Of a stretch of DNA of 64,000 nucleotides, positions 8,469 to 20,391 are shown one piece after another. Both the position numbers and the translations under genes were made by a program. Under the pieces are notes generated by a model, which made no database searches, was not told the DNA's origin, and saw nothing but the letters and a program-made list of their open reading frames with translations. Source of the stretch: Hadesarchaea archaeon (GTDB lineage: Archaea > Hadarchaeota > Hadarchaeia > Hadarchaeales > WYZ-LMO6); the NCBI GenBank assembly GCA_029259185.1, contig JAPDJF010000001.1, positions 63,427 to 127,426 of the forward strand, written 5' to 3'. Every line of letters starts with the position of its first letter. Within the stretch, counting starts at the first letter, position 1.

Positions 8469-8903
8469 ATGACGCACATGGTGGACATAGGCGAGAAAGA
8501 GGACGTGGTGAGGATCGCCCGAGCGGAAGGTAAAATCCTTCTCAAACCGGAGACCGTGAAAGCGATTTTAGAAAAAAGAGTGGGAAAAGGTGATGTTATG
8601 GTGGCAGCTGAGTTGGCTGCAATAAGTGCAGCGAAGAGGACCCCAGAGTTGATAGTTCACTGTCATCCCATCCCCCTAAGTCAGGTTAAAGCGACCCTCA
8701 CTCCGGAGAGCGATGGGATACGTGTCTTCGTGGAGGTGAGAAGTGTGGGAAAAACAGGGGTCGAAATGGAGGCCTTGGTAGGAGCCTCCATAGCGCTGCT
8801 GACCGTATGGGATATGGTAAAATCGCTGGAAAAAGATGAGAAGGGGCAGTATCCTACCACTGCGATCACTGAAATAAAAGTTTTGGAGAAGATCAAAAAT
8901 TAG
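8469..8903 (+). CDS. moaC: Cyclic pyranopterin monophosphate synthase
   Basis: MVDIGEK, KGDV, CHPIPL, KTGVEMEAL, WDMVK motifs. Confidence 0.95.
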   Translation: MTHMVDIGEKEDVVRIARAEGKILLKPETVKAILEKRVGKGDVMVAAELAAISAAKRTPELIVHCHPIPLSQVKATLTPESDGIRVFVEVRSVGKTGVEMEALVGASIALLTVWDMVKSLEKDEKGQYPTTAITEIKVLEKIKN

Positions 8904-8982
8904 TCGCGGGATTTGGCCCGGACAAAGGAGGTTAAAAACTGGTGGAACTCGGGGTGAAGTTAAAGGGTAGAAAAAAGGAGGT

Positions 8983-9504
8983 TTGACGATGAGCTTTTTC
9001 AAACATCGCAGGGAGGCACCGAAACGACTAAGGGTTGGGGTTCTAACGATTAGTGACTCTAGGTACAGAGCTAAGCAAGAGGGGAGGGATGAGGATGTTT
9101 CTGGGAGAATCATTGAGACCAAGCTGCGGAAAGCGGGGCATGAGGTGTTTAGAGAAATAGTGCCAGATGAAAAGGACATGATAGCCGATATGGTGAAGCG
9201 TTTCTTGGAGGATGAGCGCATCGACGCTTTGATCACATGTGGAGGCACGGGAATAACACACAGGGACGTAACTTTAGAGACCTTGCGTCCGCTCTTTGAG
9301 AAGGAGCTTCCCGGATTTGGGGAGCGTCTGAGGCAGTTGGGATATGAAATGGTTGGTACCCCGGCGCTCCTGACTCGTGCGACTTGTGGCATAGCGAACA
9401 GAAAGCCCATCTTTTGTTTGCCCGGCGCTCCGTCCTCGGTGGAGGTCGGGATGGGTCTCATACTCCCGGAACTCGGGCATGTGGTGAAGCATGCACGTGA
9501 GTAA
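8983..9504 (+). CDS. moaB: Molybdopterin adenylyltransferase MoaB/MogA
   Basis: TISDSR, D.SG, GGTG.T.RDVT, LPGFGE, LPG motifs. Confidence 0.93.
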   Translation: MTMSFFKHRREAPKRLRVGVLTISDSRYRAKQEGRDEDVSGRIIETKLRKAGHEVFREIVPDEKDMIADMVKRFLEDERIDALITCGGTGITHRDVTLETLRPLFEKELPGFGERLRQLGYEMVGTPALLTRATCGIANRKPIFCLPGAPSSVEVGMGLILPELGHVVKHARE

Positions 9505-9508
9505 ATCC

Positions 9509-10771
9509 ATGTCAAGCAAACGAATGCGGGGGTTCGAGAGCTACCTCAAGTTCGAGGATGCGTTGAAAGTTGTGCTATCTGAAGTGAGACCTCTGGGCTG
9601 GGAGTGGGTTCCCTTCCATAATGCATGTGGGAGGATTTTGAGTGAAAGTGTGGTCTCTAAAATAGACTTCCCCCCATTCGACAGAGCGGCGGTCGATGGC
9701 TATGCGGTTAGAGCATCCGACACTTTCGGTGCGAGCGAGCGGAATCCCAAACGATTGCGTTTGGTTAGAGCGATCGGAAAGGGATTGAGGAAGGGAGAAG
9801 CATCTGAGGTGATGACTGGGAAGCCCATGCCAAAAGGTGCGGATGCGGTGGTAATGGTAGAGCACACCGAGCGTAGGAGCGATTTGATCTACGTCTTTCA
9901 AGCCGTTACCCCTGGAAAGAACGTTTCGTGCAGAGGGGAGGATATCCGTGCTGGAGAAGTCGCCCTACCACCGGGAAAAAAGCTCGGACCTCAAGATGTG
10001 GGCATGCTAGCATGTGTGGGTAAGCGCCATGTTAAGGTTCACAGGAGGCCCATCGTTTCGATTATCTCCACCGGATCGGAACTCAGATCGCCCGGTGCAC
10101 CCCTTAGAGAGGGGGAGGTGTATGATATCAATACCTACTCCTTAAGTTGCGCGGTTAGGTTTTGTGGAGGGGTACCGCGCTCTCTCGGGATATGTGGGGA
10201 CGATCCTTCCTCATTGAGGAGAAAGCTGAAGGAAGGACTGGAGGGGGATCTGATAATAGTTTCGGGTGGGAGTTCGGTTGGGGTCAAAGATTTCGTTCCG
10301 GAGGTTCTGGGAGAAGTTGGAGAGTTGCGTTTCCATGGGGTTAACCTGAGACCGGGGGGACCAACTGCGTTCGGGGTGGTGAATGGAAAACCAGTTTTTT
10401 CGTTGGCCGGATTTCCGGTAGCTTCGCTGGTCGCATTTGACATGCTGGTCAGACCGGCGCTACGGTTCATGCAGGGGCTGCCTCCGGATCGTGGATTCTT
10501 GAGGGTGAAGGCCTACCTCTCCTCTAAAGTTGCCTCCACCTTGGGCAGAGTAGATATCGTTAGGGTGAAACTCTCGATCCAAGAGAAAGGACTCCTAGCC
10601 GAACCCCTCCGCGTGACCGGCTCGGGTATTTTGAGTTCAATGACGGGGGCAGACGGATTCTTGATCGTACCCGAGGACACGGAGGTTTTGGAGAAAGGGG
10701 ATGAAGTAGAAGTGGAAGTTTGGGATTGGAATCAAAACAGAAATGGGGTAAGAACTCAGCTCGGTGAATGA
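9509..10771 (+). CDS. moeA: Molybdopterin molybdenumtransferase
   Basis: [47 protein letters not shown]. Confidence 0.95.
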   Translation: MSSKRMRGFESYLKFEDALKVVLSEVRPLGWEWVPFHNACGRILSESVVSKIDFPPFDRAAVDGYAVRASDTFGASERNPKRLRLVRAIGKGLRKGEASEVMTGKPMPKGADAVVMVEHTERRSDLIYVFQAVTPGKNVSCRGEDIRAGEVALPPGKKLGPQDVGMLACVGKRHVKVHRRPIVSIISTGSELRSPGAPLREGEVYDINTYSLSCAVRFCGGVPRSLGICGDDPSSLRRKLKEGLEGDLIIVSGGSSVGVKDFVPEVLGEVGELRFHGVNLRPGGPTAFGVVNGKPVFSLAGFPVASLVAFDMLVRPALRFMQGLPPDRGFLRVKAYLSSKVASTLGRVDIVRVKLSIQEKGLLAEPLRVTGSGILSSMTGADGFLIVPEDTEVLEKGDEVEVEVWDWNQNRNGVRTQLGE

Positions 10772-10814
10772 AGTCGGTGTAAGTTATAATAGATATGCGG
10801 TTCAAAGAGGAGGT

Positions 10815-12032
10815 ATGCCGCAGGCGGTTGTGAACATAGGGCTCGTCGGTCATGTGGATCACGGGAAGACAACGTTAGTGGAATCTCTTTCTGGGATCTG
10901 GACGGACACACACAGCGAAGAGATCAAGCGGGGCATAACAATCCGCCTGGGGTACGCAGACGCTACTTTCATGCGTTGCCCGGAGTGTGGAAAATACAGC
11001 ACGAAGAAGAAGTGCCCTTACTGTGGAGCTAGAACCGAGTTCTCGCGCAGGGTATCGTTCGTTGATGCTCCGGGTCATGAAGCCTTAATGGCCACCATGC
11101 TTTCTGGTGCCACGATTATGGATGGGGCCGCTCTCGTCATAGCGGCAAATGAGCCGTGTCCTCAGTCCCAAACCAAAGAACACTTGGCCGCATTGGATAT
11201 AGCAGGAGTGCGTCACGTGGTTGTGGTTCAGAACAAGATCGAGCTCGTGTCGCGGGAGAAAGCTCTTGAGAATTACGAACAGATCAGGAGGTTCCTATCG
11301 ACGACTTTCGCGAAGGATGCTCCCGTGATACCGGTCTCCGCCGTGCACCGAGCAAATGTTGATATCCTCATCGAGACGCTGGAGAAGCACATTCCCACAC
11401 CTAGACGCGATCTCTCTAAACCCCCCCTGATGTATGTCGCAAGATCCTTCGATATAAACAAGCCTGGAACAAAACCTGAGAACCTCGTGGGCGGTGTTGT
11501 CGGGGGGATGCTTTCTCAGGGAAAGCTTAGGGTGGGTGATGAAATAGAGATACGTCCTGGGCTTCAGCATCGAGGTGCTTGGACCCCCCTGAGAACCCGA
11601 GTGGCATCGATCCAGGCTGGAGGGGATCAGCTGGATGAGGCGGTCCCGGGTGGGCTGGTGGGGGTCTGCACAATGCTCGACCCCACCCTGACGAGGGCAG
11701 ACCGCCTAGTTGGTTCGATAGTAGGGATCGAAGGAGAGTTGCCTCCTGTGTTCGACTCCCTTCAGCTTGAGATTCATCTCATGGAGCGGGTTGTGGGTCT
11801 TCCGGAGGAGTTGGAGGTCAAACCTTTGGTGAATGGGGAGCCCATAGTCCTGAACGTGGGCACCGCCACTACGGTGGGGACGGTCACGAAGGTGAGGGGT
11901 GATATCGCAGAGGTCAAGCTCAACCGCCAAGTTTGTGCTGATTACGGTTCTAGAGTCGCCATCAGTAGACGGGTTGGGGGGAGATGGAGACTCATCGGCC
12001 ATGGGACGATCACATCAACTACCCCTCCCTAA
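10815..12032 (+). CDS. eif2g: Translation initiation factor aIF2 gamma
   Basis: [21 protein letters not shown], Zn knuckle, DAPGHE, QNKIE, WRLIG; GAGGAGGT RBS before ATG 10815. Confidence 0.97.
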   Translation: MPQAVVNIGLVGHVDHGKTTLVESLSGIWTDTHSEEIKRGITIRLGYADATFMRCPECGKYSTKKKCPYCGARTEFSRRVSFVDAPGHEALMATMLSGATIMDGAALVIAANEPCPQSQTKEHLAALDIAGVRHVVVVQNKIELVSREKALENYEQIRRFLSTTFAKDAPVIPVSAVHRANVDILIETLEKHIPTPRRDLSKPPLMYVARSFDINKPGTKPENLVGGVVGGMLSQGKLRVGDEIEIRPGLQHRGAWTPLRTRVASIQAGGDQLDEAVPGGLVGVCTMLDPTLTRADRLVGSIVGIEGELPPVFDSLQLEIHLMERVVGLPEELEVKPLVNGEPIVLNVGTATTVGTVTKVRGDIAEVKLNRQVCADYGSRVAISRRVGGRWRLIGHGTITSTTPP

Positions 12033-12180
12033 AGGAAGGGGCTTGCAAGCGATCATCACGTCCGAAGACACTCAAACCCGTATAGGGCTGACGGCGGCCA
12101 GTTCAGAGCGGGCCTGCTTGACTCCTCCGCTCGCTTCGATCCGGAGCCTTATTCGGGCTTCCGGACATCCGGCCCCAAAA
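12014..12180 (-). mobile_element. IS200/IS605 right end / omegaRNA remnant
   Basis: 31 bp TCAACTACCCCTCCCTAAAGGAAGGGGCTTG identical to 63875-63905, which follows a TnpB C-terminus; both copies share GGCCGCCGTCA. Confidence 0.75.
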
Positions 12181-12212
12181 AATTTTTCTTGAAAGATGTT
12201 CATCATTGCTTG

Positions 12213-12416
12213 ATGGATAAGAGGGTTTGTGCGGTAGAGGAAAACAGGGATAAGTGTCCATGCACCTACGAACCTTGTTCCAAGAAGGGAATTTGTTGTG
12301 AATGTTTGCGGTATCATTGGGAGAGAATGGAGCTTCCGGCTTGTTTCTTCCCTCCCGAAGTCGAGCGCACTTACGACCGCTCGCTCGGACGGTTCATCCG
12401 CTGTTACTCCAAGTAG
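12213..12416 (+). CDS. Small Cys-rich protein (DUF6485-like)
   Basis: [18 protein letters not shown]....LPACFFP..ERTYDRS. Confidence 0.75.
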   Translation: MDKRVCAVEENRDKCPCTYEPCSKKGICCECLRYHWERMELPACFFPPEVERTYDRSLGRFIRCYSK

Positions 12417-13068
12417 AAGCACTCCGTCGAAGTTTCTCTATCGCGAGCTTCCTGTTCTTCCCGCCGTAAATGGCATTTCCCGCGACGAGCACGTTAGCTC
12501 CAGCCCTCACCGCTAGTGGTGCGGTCTCTTCAGATATCCCCCCATCGACGGCAAGGTCGATCGAGCCTCCTTTGTCGTCTATCTTCCTCCTAGCTCTTTT
12601 GATCTTTGGTACCATGCTCTTGAGAAAGGTTTGTCCTCCAAACCCTGGATGAACGGTCATGATCAAGAGCATGTCGATCTTATCAAGCATGGGTTCCACG
12701 GTACGGAGGGGGGTTTCGGGATTCAATGCGATTCCGACCTCAGCCCCGAGTTTCCTGATGGTAGAAATTGTGTGTTCAAGGTGTTTGCATGCTTCCACAT
12801 GCACGGTCACGATGTCTCCTCCGGCCTCCACGAATCTCTTCAAGTACTTCTCAGGGTTTTCTATCATGAGATGTACGTTGAAGGGTAACCTGCTTTTGTC
12901 TCTCAGTGCTTCGACCACCAGCGGACCAAAGGTTATGTTTGGAACGAAGTGCCCATCCATTACGTCCCAGTGAATGAGATCAGCTCCGCCCTCCTCGACC
13001 GCTTTTATTTCATCCTCGAGCTTGCTGAAGTCTGCCGAGAGCACCGAGGGAGCGATCTTGACCCTCAT
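12394..13068 (-). CDS. rpe: Ribulose-phosphate 3-epimerase
   Basis: [39 protein letters not shown]. Confidence 0.97.
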   Translation of the reverse strand: MRVKIAPSVLSADFSKLEDEIKAVEEGGADLIHWDVMDGHFVPNITFGPLVVEALRDKSRLPFNVHLMIENPEKYLKRFVEAGGDIVTVHVEACKHLEHTISTIRKLGAEVGIALNPETPLRTVEPMLDKIDMLLIMTVHPGFGGQTFLKSMVPKIKRARRKIDDKGGSIDLAVDGGISEETAPLAVRAGANVLVAGNAIYGGKNRKLAIEKLRRSASTWSNSG

Positions 13069-14069
13069 CTCTTCATCTTCAGAACTTCCCTCACGGCCTT
13101 TTCAATGTGTTGGGATGTGAGCCCATATCTCTCATAGAGTTTTCTCCACGGTCCGGATTCCCCATATTCGTCTCGCACTCCTATCCTCCTCAGCGGGGTA
13201 GGGCGGTTTTCCGCGAGTACTTCCGTTACCGCCCCCCCAAGCCCTCCGATCACGCTGTGGTCCTCAGCCGTGACCAACGCATTCGTCTCGACCGCAGCTT
13301 TCAGCACGGTCCTCTCGTCCAACGGCTTCACGGTGTGCATGTTGATGACTCCAACATCTAGGTTTTCCATCTTCAGGTTCGAAGCGGCGACCAAGGCTTC
13401 AGCGACTAGGGGACCGGTTGCAATGATGGTTGCGTCTCCTCCATCTTCTAGGGTGACGCTTTTCCCTATCTCAAACTTGAGCTGATGACCAGAGTACCTG
13501 TATCCTTCCTCATACACGAGGGGGGTCTTGGGACGTGTGAGCCTAACGAAGGTGGGCCCCTGATGTTTAGCCACGGCCATGATAGCCATCTCGGTTTCGA
13601 TGGCATCGGCCGGAACGACGACGGTGGTGTTGGGCAAGGCACGCATGATGGCGATATCCCAGAGGCAGAAGTGAGAGGCCCCATCCTCACCAACCGTGAG
13701 TCCGCCATGGGTGACCACGATTTTCACGTTGAGCTTCGGGTAGGCGATCGATTGCTTGAACTGACTCAGACCTTTCTCGGTACCGAAGACCGAGAACGTG
13801 CTCACGAAAGGGATCTTCCCAGCAGAGGCTAAGCCAGCTGCGATTCCCATCAGGTTGGCCTCCGCAACACCAACATTAAAAAACCTCTCTGGAAACCTCT
13901 CAGCGAAGACCGAAGTTTTGGTCGAGGTCGAGAGATCCGCATCCAGTACTACGATGCTTGAATCTTTCTCCCCAAGCTCTGCGAGCGTCCTGCCATACGC
14001 TTCTCTCATGAGAGCCTCTTGCCTGGTCTCTAGGTTGAATCCCTTACTCCTGTCTTTCACCTTCTCCAC
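13065..14069 (-). CDS. Transketolase, C-terminal subunit
   Basis: LDADL..ST, FFNVGVAEAN, THGG..GEDGASH, TVKPLD, EDH...GGLG. Confidence 0.93.
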   Translation of the reverse strand: MEKVKDRSKGFNLETRQEALMREAYGRTLAELGEKDSSIVVLDADLSTSTKTSVFAERFPERFFNVGVAEANLMGIAAGLASAGKIPFVSTFSVFGTEKGLSQFKQSIAYPKLNVKIVVTHGGLTVGEDGASHFCLWDIAIMRALPNTTVVVPADAIETEMAIMAVAKHQGPTFVRLTRPKTPLVYEEGYRYSGHQLKFEIGKSVTLEDGGDATIIATGPLVAEALVAASNLKMENLDVGVINMHTVKPLDERTVLKAAVETNALVTAEDHSVIGGLGGAVTEVLAENRPTPLRRIGVRDEYGESGPWRKLYERYGLTSQHIEKAVREVLKMKR

Positions 14070-14919
14070 CCCTATCGAGTTCTTCCAGAGCTTTTTGGAG
14101 TTCGTCTTCCGTCAAGGCTTTTCCATGGTATTTCACTTGATTTTCCATGAATGAAACCCCTTTCCCCTTCACGGTGTGGGCTATTATCACGGTAGGTTTG
14201 TGTTTGATCTTTTCCGCCGCGTCCAGCGCCTCTAAGATCTGGAGCATGTCGTGACCATCGATTTCCATCACGTGCCACCCGAAAGCTTTCCATTTCTCGT
14301 TCAGGGGTTCCAGACGCAAGATCTTCTCGGTAGGGCCGTCCAGCTGGATCATATTCCTATCGACGATGGCGAGGAGGTTGTCCACTTCGTAGTGAGCTCC
14401 GGCCATTGCCGCTTCCCACACCTGCCCCTCGTTCATCTCCCCATCCCCCATGAGAACGTACACACGATACTCCCTGCGGTCGAGTCTTGCAGCGAGTGCC
14501 ATCCCGCACCCTATGGAGAGCCCCTGGCCCAGAGATCCGGTCGATGCCTCTATCCCGGGGGTAGTATTCATATCCGGGTGGCCTTGGAGGATGCTTCCAC
14601 ATTTTCTCAGATCCCGAAGGGCCTCACGGCTGAAGAACCCGGCCATCGAGAGGGCGGAGTATAGGGCGGGGCAGGCGTGTCCTTTGGAGAGGATGAACCT
14701 GTCTCGATCTTCCCAGCCCGGATTTTCGGGGTCGTACCGGAGGTGATGGAAGTACAGAGCGGCAAGCAAGTCCGCACATGATAGGGATCCTCCTGGATGT
14801 CCAGATCCCGCCCTCGTGGTCATCGTTAGCACATCCCTCCGGATGGAGAGGGCTGTCTTCTTGAGTTTCCTTATCAAGCCGGGATCATGTGGCTCGGATT
14901 TCCGATCGAAAACGACCAT
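14044..14919 (-). CDS. Transketolase, N-terminal (ThDP-binding) subunit
   Basis: SGHPGGSLS, RDRFILSKGH, GSLGQG, GDGE..EG..WE, TVKGKG; start moved to ATG 14919. Confidence 0.95.
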   Translation of the reverse strand: MVVFDRKSEPHDPGLIRKLKKTALSIRRDVLTMTTRAGSGHPGGSLSCADLLAALYFHHLRYDPENPGWEDRDRFILSKGHACPALYSALSMAGFFSREALRDLRKCGSILQGHPDMNTTPGIEASTGSLGQGLSIGCGMALAARLDRREYRVYVLMGDGEMNEGQVWEAAMAGAHYEVDNLLAIVDRNMIQLDGPTEKILRLEPLNEKWKAFGWHVMEIDGHDMLQILEALDAAEKIKHKPTVIIAHTVKGKGVSFMENQVKYHGKALTEDELQKALEELDRGGEGERQE

Positions 14920-14954
14920 ATAGGTCGGATTTGAATTTTGATATTGCAAGTTAA

Positions 14955-15953
<999 letters not shown>

Positions 15954-16020
15954 GGTTGGCGATATCCACTATCTTCGGTGAGAGCTTAAAAGCGAGAGTT
16001 GCTGAGTCGGTTAGGGCAAC

Positions 16021-16701
16021 ATGTTGATGAAAAAAGGTGCAGAGGCGAACCTCTACCTTGAACCCTTCTCGATCCAGCTTCATCCTTTCGGGGAGGGGAG
16101 GGTGGTGGTTAAGCATCGTGTCTCCAAGCGGTATCGGGTTCGGGAGCTGGATTTTAGGCTCAGGGAGGCAAGGACATCCTTGGAGGCCAGTCTGCTCGCG
16201 GATGCCAAACGTGCTGGGGTGTTCGTTCCCACCGTGTATGAGGTGGACAGAAAAAACATGAGGATAGTGATGGAGCACGTGGAGGGTGAACAGGTGAAAA
16301 CGGTGCTCGAAAGGCTCGATGAGGAGGAGAGATGGAAGCTGTGCAGGACTATAGGCAGGTGTATAGCACGTCTCCATCGCTCGGGCATAATTCACGGAGA
16401 TCTCACGACCTCAAACATGGTGCTCACCCCCGATGGACAGGTCTATCTCGTGGATTTCGGGCTGGGAGAATACGACCGATCGGTCGAGTCCCGGGGGGTA
16501 GACCTTCACTTGCTTAAGAGGGCTCTCCAGAGCGTCCACTTCAGAGTGGCAGAGCGAGCGTACCGTGAGGTTTTATCCGGTTACGCACGAGAGTTCGGGG
16601 AGGGCTCGAGCGAAGTAATCAGGCGCGTAGAGGAGATTGAGCGGAGGGGAAGATACGTCGGGAGGGAGAACCGTGGCACTGTACTTCGTCACAGGAAATA
16701 G
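16021..16701 (+). CDS. bud32: KEOPS kinase Bud32
   Basis: GAEA, K.YR..LD, HGDLTTSN, DFGL. Confidence 0.95.
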   Translation: MLMKKGAEANLYLEPFSIQLHPFGEGRVVVKHRVSKRYRVRELDFRLREARTSLEASLLADAKRAGVFVPTVYEVDRKNMRIVMEHVEGEQVKTVLERLDEEERWKLCRTIGRCIARLHRSGIIHGDLTTSNMVLTPDGQVYLVDFGLGEYDRSVESRGVDLHLLKRALQSVHFRVAERAYREVLSGYAREFGEGSSEVIRRVEEIERRGRYVGRENRGTVLRHRK

Positions 16702-17251
16702 AGGCAAGTTCAGAGAGGTGAGTGAGATGGCTAAGAAGTATGGTCTGGTGCTCGAGCAGAGCGAGATCCCATACATTGAGATCCAAGCCGAGGATCTGAA
16801 AGAGGTAGCGAAGGTTGGGGTTCAGCAGGCTTTCGCCATGCTGAAGCGTCCTTGTTTCGTAGAGGACTCTGGTCTGTACATCCACTCCCTCGGTGGGTTC
16901 CCCGGTCCGTATTCGAAGTATGTGTACCTCACGATAGGCAATGAGGGAATTCTGAAGCTAATGAGTGGATTCAGTCACAGGGGGGCGGAGTTCAGGTGTA
17001 GCGTGGGATACTGTGAGAAGGCGGATGAGCCCGTGGTCTTCGAAGGCAAGGTGATGGGGAGGATCTCCACCGAGCTTAGGGGATCGGGAGGATTCGGCTT
17101 CGACCCGATTTTCATCCCGGAAGAAGGTGATGGGAGAACCTTTGCGGAGATGTCGGTTGAGGAGAAAAATGCTCTTTCCCATCGGGGGAGAGCAATCGAA
17201 GAGTTCTTTAGATGGTATGTAATTCATAGAAGAGAACGATCCGGTGAGTGA
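16673..17251 (+). CDS. rdgB: XTP/dITP diphosphatase (HAM1 family)
   Basis: [35 protein letters not shown]. Confidence 0.95.
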   Translation: MALYFVTGNRGKFREVSEMAKKYGLVLEQSEIPYIEIQAEDLKEVAKVGVQQAFAMLKRPCFVEDSGLYIHSLGGFPGPYSKYVYLTIGNEGILKLMSGFSHRGAEFRCSVGYCEKADEPVVFEGKVMGRISTELRGSGGFGFDPIFIPEEGDGRTFAEMSVEEKNALSHRGRAIEEFFRWYVIHRRERSGE

Positions 17252-17649
17252 AATCGATGAACGAAGGCGAAACCTTGAGCCCAGCAGATGTTGAGGAGTT
17301 AGTGGCCAAGCTTGCTAGGGAAGGGCATCCTCCGAGTCGCATCGGGCTCATATTGCGAGACCTCCACGGGATAGGTTCCGTCAAGCGGGTGGTTGGCAAA
17401 AGCGTTACCCAGATCCTTGAAGCTCATGGAATGAAAAGAGAGGTACCGGAGGACTTGGCCAACCTCATCAGAAAGGCGGTCCGGTTGTACAGACACCTGG
17501 AGAAGAACAGGAAGGATAAGGTATCGCGACGTTCGCTTGAGATAACCGAGCAGAAGATCAAGAGGCTCTCTAAATACTACGTGCGAACCGGGAAGCTCCC
17601 CAAAGGCTGGCGCTACGACAGAGATAAGGCGCCCCTGCTCGTGAAATGA
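17248..17649 (+). CDS. rps15: 30S ribosomal protein uS15 (archaeal), lacking the usual N-terminal arm
   Basis: IGLILRD.HGI, PEDL.NLI.KA..L..HL..N.KD, RL.KYY...G.LP..W.Y. Confidence 0.92.
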   Translation: MKSMNEGETLSPADVEELVAKLAREGHPPSRIGLILRDLHGIGSVKRVVGKSVTQILEAHGMKREVPEDLANLIRKAVRLYRHLEKNRKDKVSRRSLEITEQKIKRLSKYYVRTGKLPKGWRYDRDKAPLLVK

Positions 17650-17656
17650 TGAAAAG

Positions 17657-19054
17657 GTGGAAACGTTGCGTCCGGAGATTTCAGCATTCGAGAAGAAGGC
17701 GGGAGAAATAGCAAGTTTCTTGGAGGAAAAGCTTGAGGACAGGCCCACGATAGACATCTTCACCCACGCTGATGCTGATGGGATCTCGGCTGCGAGCATC
17801 TTCGCCACGTGTTTGCACGTGAACGACGTGCCTTTCCGGATAAAATTTACCCGCCCATTTGGAGCTCGGGGGATACTCGAACTCGGAAAGCTGGACGATG
17901 GGAAGAGGTTCTTCGTCTTTATAGATCAGGGAAGTAGAGAGATCCCGACCATCCGGAAGGCTATATTCAGCAAGGGGCATGATGTGCTCGTCTTGGATCA
18001 CCATCCGGGTGGGCCTGTGGATGAGCCTGGCTTGATGTATTTGAACCCACACTTGATGGGAATGAACGGGGCGAAGGAGGCGTGTGCTTCGACTGTCGTC
18101 TATTCGGTGGTAGAGAAAATAGATGAGAGAGTCAAGCATCAGGTGTGGCTGGCCCTCGTTGGGGCGATAGGGGATCGTCAAGAATTTCCGAGCGGATTCA
18201 CCGGCATAAACGAGATACTCTTCAGGAAGGCGGTGGAGAGGGGAGTGGTGACGGTGAAGGAGGGGCTAAAACTCCTCGACCGCGAATTCTTCCCCGCAGC
18301 CGAGTGTTTGAGGCTTTCGGTCAGACCGTACCTCCCAAACGTTTCGGGTAATCCCAGCGCGTGTGTTGAATTAGTTCAGATGGTGGGTGTCCCTTCTTCC
18401 TTGTCGATAGATGAACTCGGTATTGAGAAGGAAAAACTTCTGTGTGATGCGTTGATCGCTAGGCTAGGGATCCCCGAGAGCGATTTCCATCACGTGGTGT
18501 GGGGTCCTGTGTATTACCTCAAAAAGCACAAAGAGTTTCCTAACCTCCGCAAATGGGCTGTGGCCCTTGACGCGAGTGACACCTACGAGAAGCCGGAGAT
18601 CGGGTTCGCGGCCAACATGGGCGACGAGGAGGCGAGAGATGAATGCCTCCTTTTGCTTCAAGGATTCGAGCGCAGGATGCTTGAGAACATGGAGTGGCTC
18701 AAACGCAATGTGAGGTCTTTTGAGGTTACCTCCAAGGCGAGGTACGTTCGGGTGGGGAAGGAGGTTCCGGCTTCGGAGATGGGTGAAATGCTCTCTCTCG
18801 CCTTGGAGTCGAGGCTCGTTGAGGCGGATCGTCCCGTGATAGGGTTAGCGGAGGCAAGCGAAGATGAAATGAAGATTTCTGGAAGGGCCACCTTTGACTT
18901 GACTGCTGGTGGGATAGACATCGGAAAGGCGATGAGCGAAGCGGCAAAAGCCGTCGGCGGGGAGGGAGGAGGACACGATGTTTCAGGTGCTGCTTACGTG
19001 CCTAGAGATAGAGTTGATGACTTCATCCGGGTGCTTGAGCAAAACCTGGGCTAA
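17657..19054 (+). CDS. DHH/DHHA1 phosphoesterase (RecJ-like)
   Basis: H.DADG, DQG, DHH, GD, GGGH motifs; conserved position after rps15. Confidence 0.88.
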   Translation: METLRPEISAFEKKAGEIASFLEEKLEDRPTIDIFTHADADGISAASIFATCLHVNDVPFRIKFTRPFGARGILELGKLDDGKRFFVFIDQGSREIPTIRKAIFSKGHDVLVLDHHPGGPVDEPGLMYLNPHLMGMNGAKEACASTVVYSVVEKIDERVKHQVWLALVGAIGDRQEFPSGFTGINEILFRKAVERGVVTVKEGLKLLDREFFPAAECLRLSVRPYLPNVSGNPSACVELVQMVGVPSSLSIDELGIEKEKLLCDALIARLGIPESDFHHVVWGPVYYLKKHKEFPNLRKWAVALDASDTYEKPEIGFAANMGDEEARDECLLLLQGFERRMLENMEWLKRNVRSFEVTSKARYVRVGKEVPASEMGEMLSLALESRLVEADRPVIGLAEASEDEMKISGRATFDLTAGGIDIGKAMSEAAKAVGGEGGGHDVSGAAYVPRDRVDDFIRVLEQNLG

Positions 19055-19087
19055 GAGCTATGTTTTTAACGATCCTGGGGAAGTCGG

Positions 19088-20338
19088 TTGATGGATAGGA
19101 TCGAGAGTATCTCCGCACGAAAAATACTGGACAGCCGGGGAAATCCCACGGTAGAGGTGGAGGTTAGAGGGGGGAAGGGAGTTGGCAGGGCAGCGGCCCC
19201 AGGCGGTGCCAGCAGGGGAAAACATGAAGTGATAGCATTTCCCCCAGGCGGGGTGGAGGTCTCCATCCGCCTGTTAGAGGAGACCGTACGTCCTGCGTTG
19301 GTGGGGGAGGAACTCGATTTCAAGCGGGTGGACACAGTGTTAAGAGAGCTCGATGGTACCTCCAACTTCGCTAAGATCGGAGGAAACTTAGCTGTGGCCA
19401 TCTCGATGGCAACCGCCAAGGCCTCAGCCTCTTCGAGGGGCCTCCCTCTCTTCCGATGTTTGGGAGAAGGGGTGGTGTGTATCCCGTTCCCCCTCGGAAA
19501 CGTGCTCGGGGGTGGAGCGCATGCGGGGAGGAATGCTCCAGACATCCAAGAGTTCTTGATAATACCTGTGGGGGCTAAAAAGTTCATCGACGCGGCTTTC
19601 GCAAATGCACGAGTGCACCGGAGGGTGAGAGAATACTTGGAGTTCGAGGACGAACGGTTTTCCGGTGGAAAAGGTGATGAGGGAGCTTGGGCCCCAAACC
19701 TAGACAACTCGAAGGCGCTGGAGGTGGTCGTCCGGGCTTGTGAGGAGATAAGTGGGGAGGTGGGATTCCAGATCAGACCCGGGCTGGATGTGGCTGCGAG
19801 CGAGTTGTACGATGAGCGTAGGGGAAAGTATGTGTATAGTCGGGAAGGGGTAACCCGTGATGGGGGCGAGCAGGTGGATTACGTGGTGGATCTGATCAGG
19901 ACCTACAAGCTTTTCTACGTTGAGGATCCTCTCCACCAAGAGGATTTCAAAGGGTTCTCCGAACTAACGAGCAAAGTTGGGGATAGATGTCTGGTGTGTG
20001 GAGATGATCTGTTCGTCACGAACGTGGACAGGATAAGAAGGGGGGTGGAGGAAGGGGCTGCAAACGCTGTGATCGTGAAGCCAAACCAAGTTGGAACTCT
20101 GAGCGGTACGAGCGCAGCTATCGGGCTGGCCAAGCGGAACGGATGGTTACCGGTGATGTCCCATCGCTCGGGAGAGACCACGGATGAGACGATCTCTCAC
20201 CTAGCGGTGGGGTGGGGATGTCCCATAATAAAAACAGGAGTGGTAGGGGGCGAACGGATAGCAAAGCTCAATGAGCTGATCCGGATAGAGGAAGAACTCG
20301 GAGAAAAAGCTGGAATGGCGAAATTGCAGAACATTTGA
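19088..20338 (+). CDS. eno: Enolase
   Basis: ILDSRGNPTVEVE, GDEG, GDDLFVTN, KPNQ.G, SHRSGET. Confidence 0.97.
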   Translation: MMDRIESISARKILDSRGNPTVEVEVRGGKGVGRAAAPGGASRGKHEVIAFPPGGVEVSIRLLEETVRPALVGEELDFKRVDTVLRELDGTSNFAKIGGNLAVAISMATAKASASSRGLPLFRCLGEGVVCIPFPLGNVLGGGAHAGRNAPDIQEFLIIPVGAKKFIDAAFANARVHRRVREYLEFEDERFSGGKGDEGAWAPNLDNSKALEVVVRACEEISGEVGFQIRPGLDVAASELYDERRGKYVYSREGVTRDGGEQVDYVVDLIRTYKLFYVEDPLHQEDFKGFSELTSKVGDRCLVCGDDLFVTNVDRIRRGVEEGAANAVIVKPNQVGTLSGTSAAIGLAKRNGWLPVMSHRSGETTDETISHLAVGWGCPIIKTGVVGGERIAKLNELIRIEEELGEKAGMAKLQNI

Positions 20339-20391
20339 TTCATTCACGATGGATGAAGATAGATTTATGTTACGAACCCGATTAATCCTCT

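Noticed and set aside
8241-8477. 79-codon N-terminal extension of the 1034-aa ORF
   Set aside because: Signal peptide, RBS and TATA all point to a start at 8240; the extension covers the promoter region.
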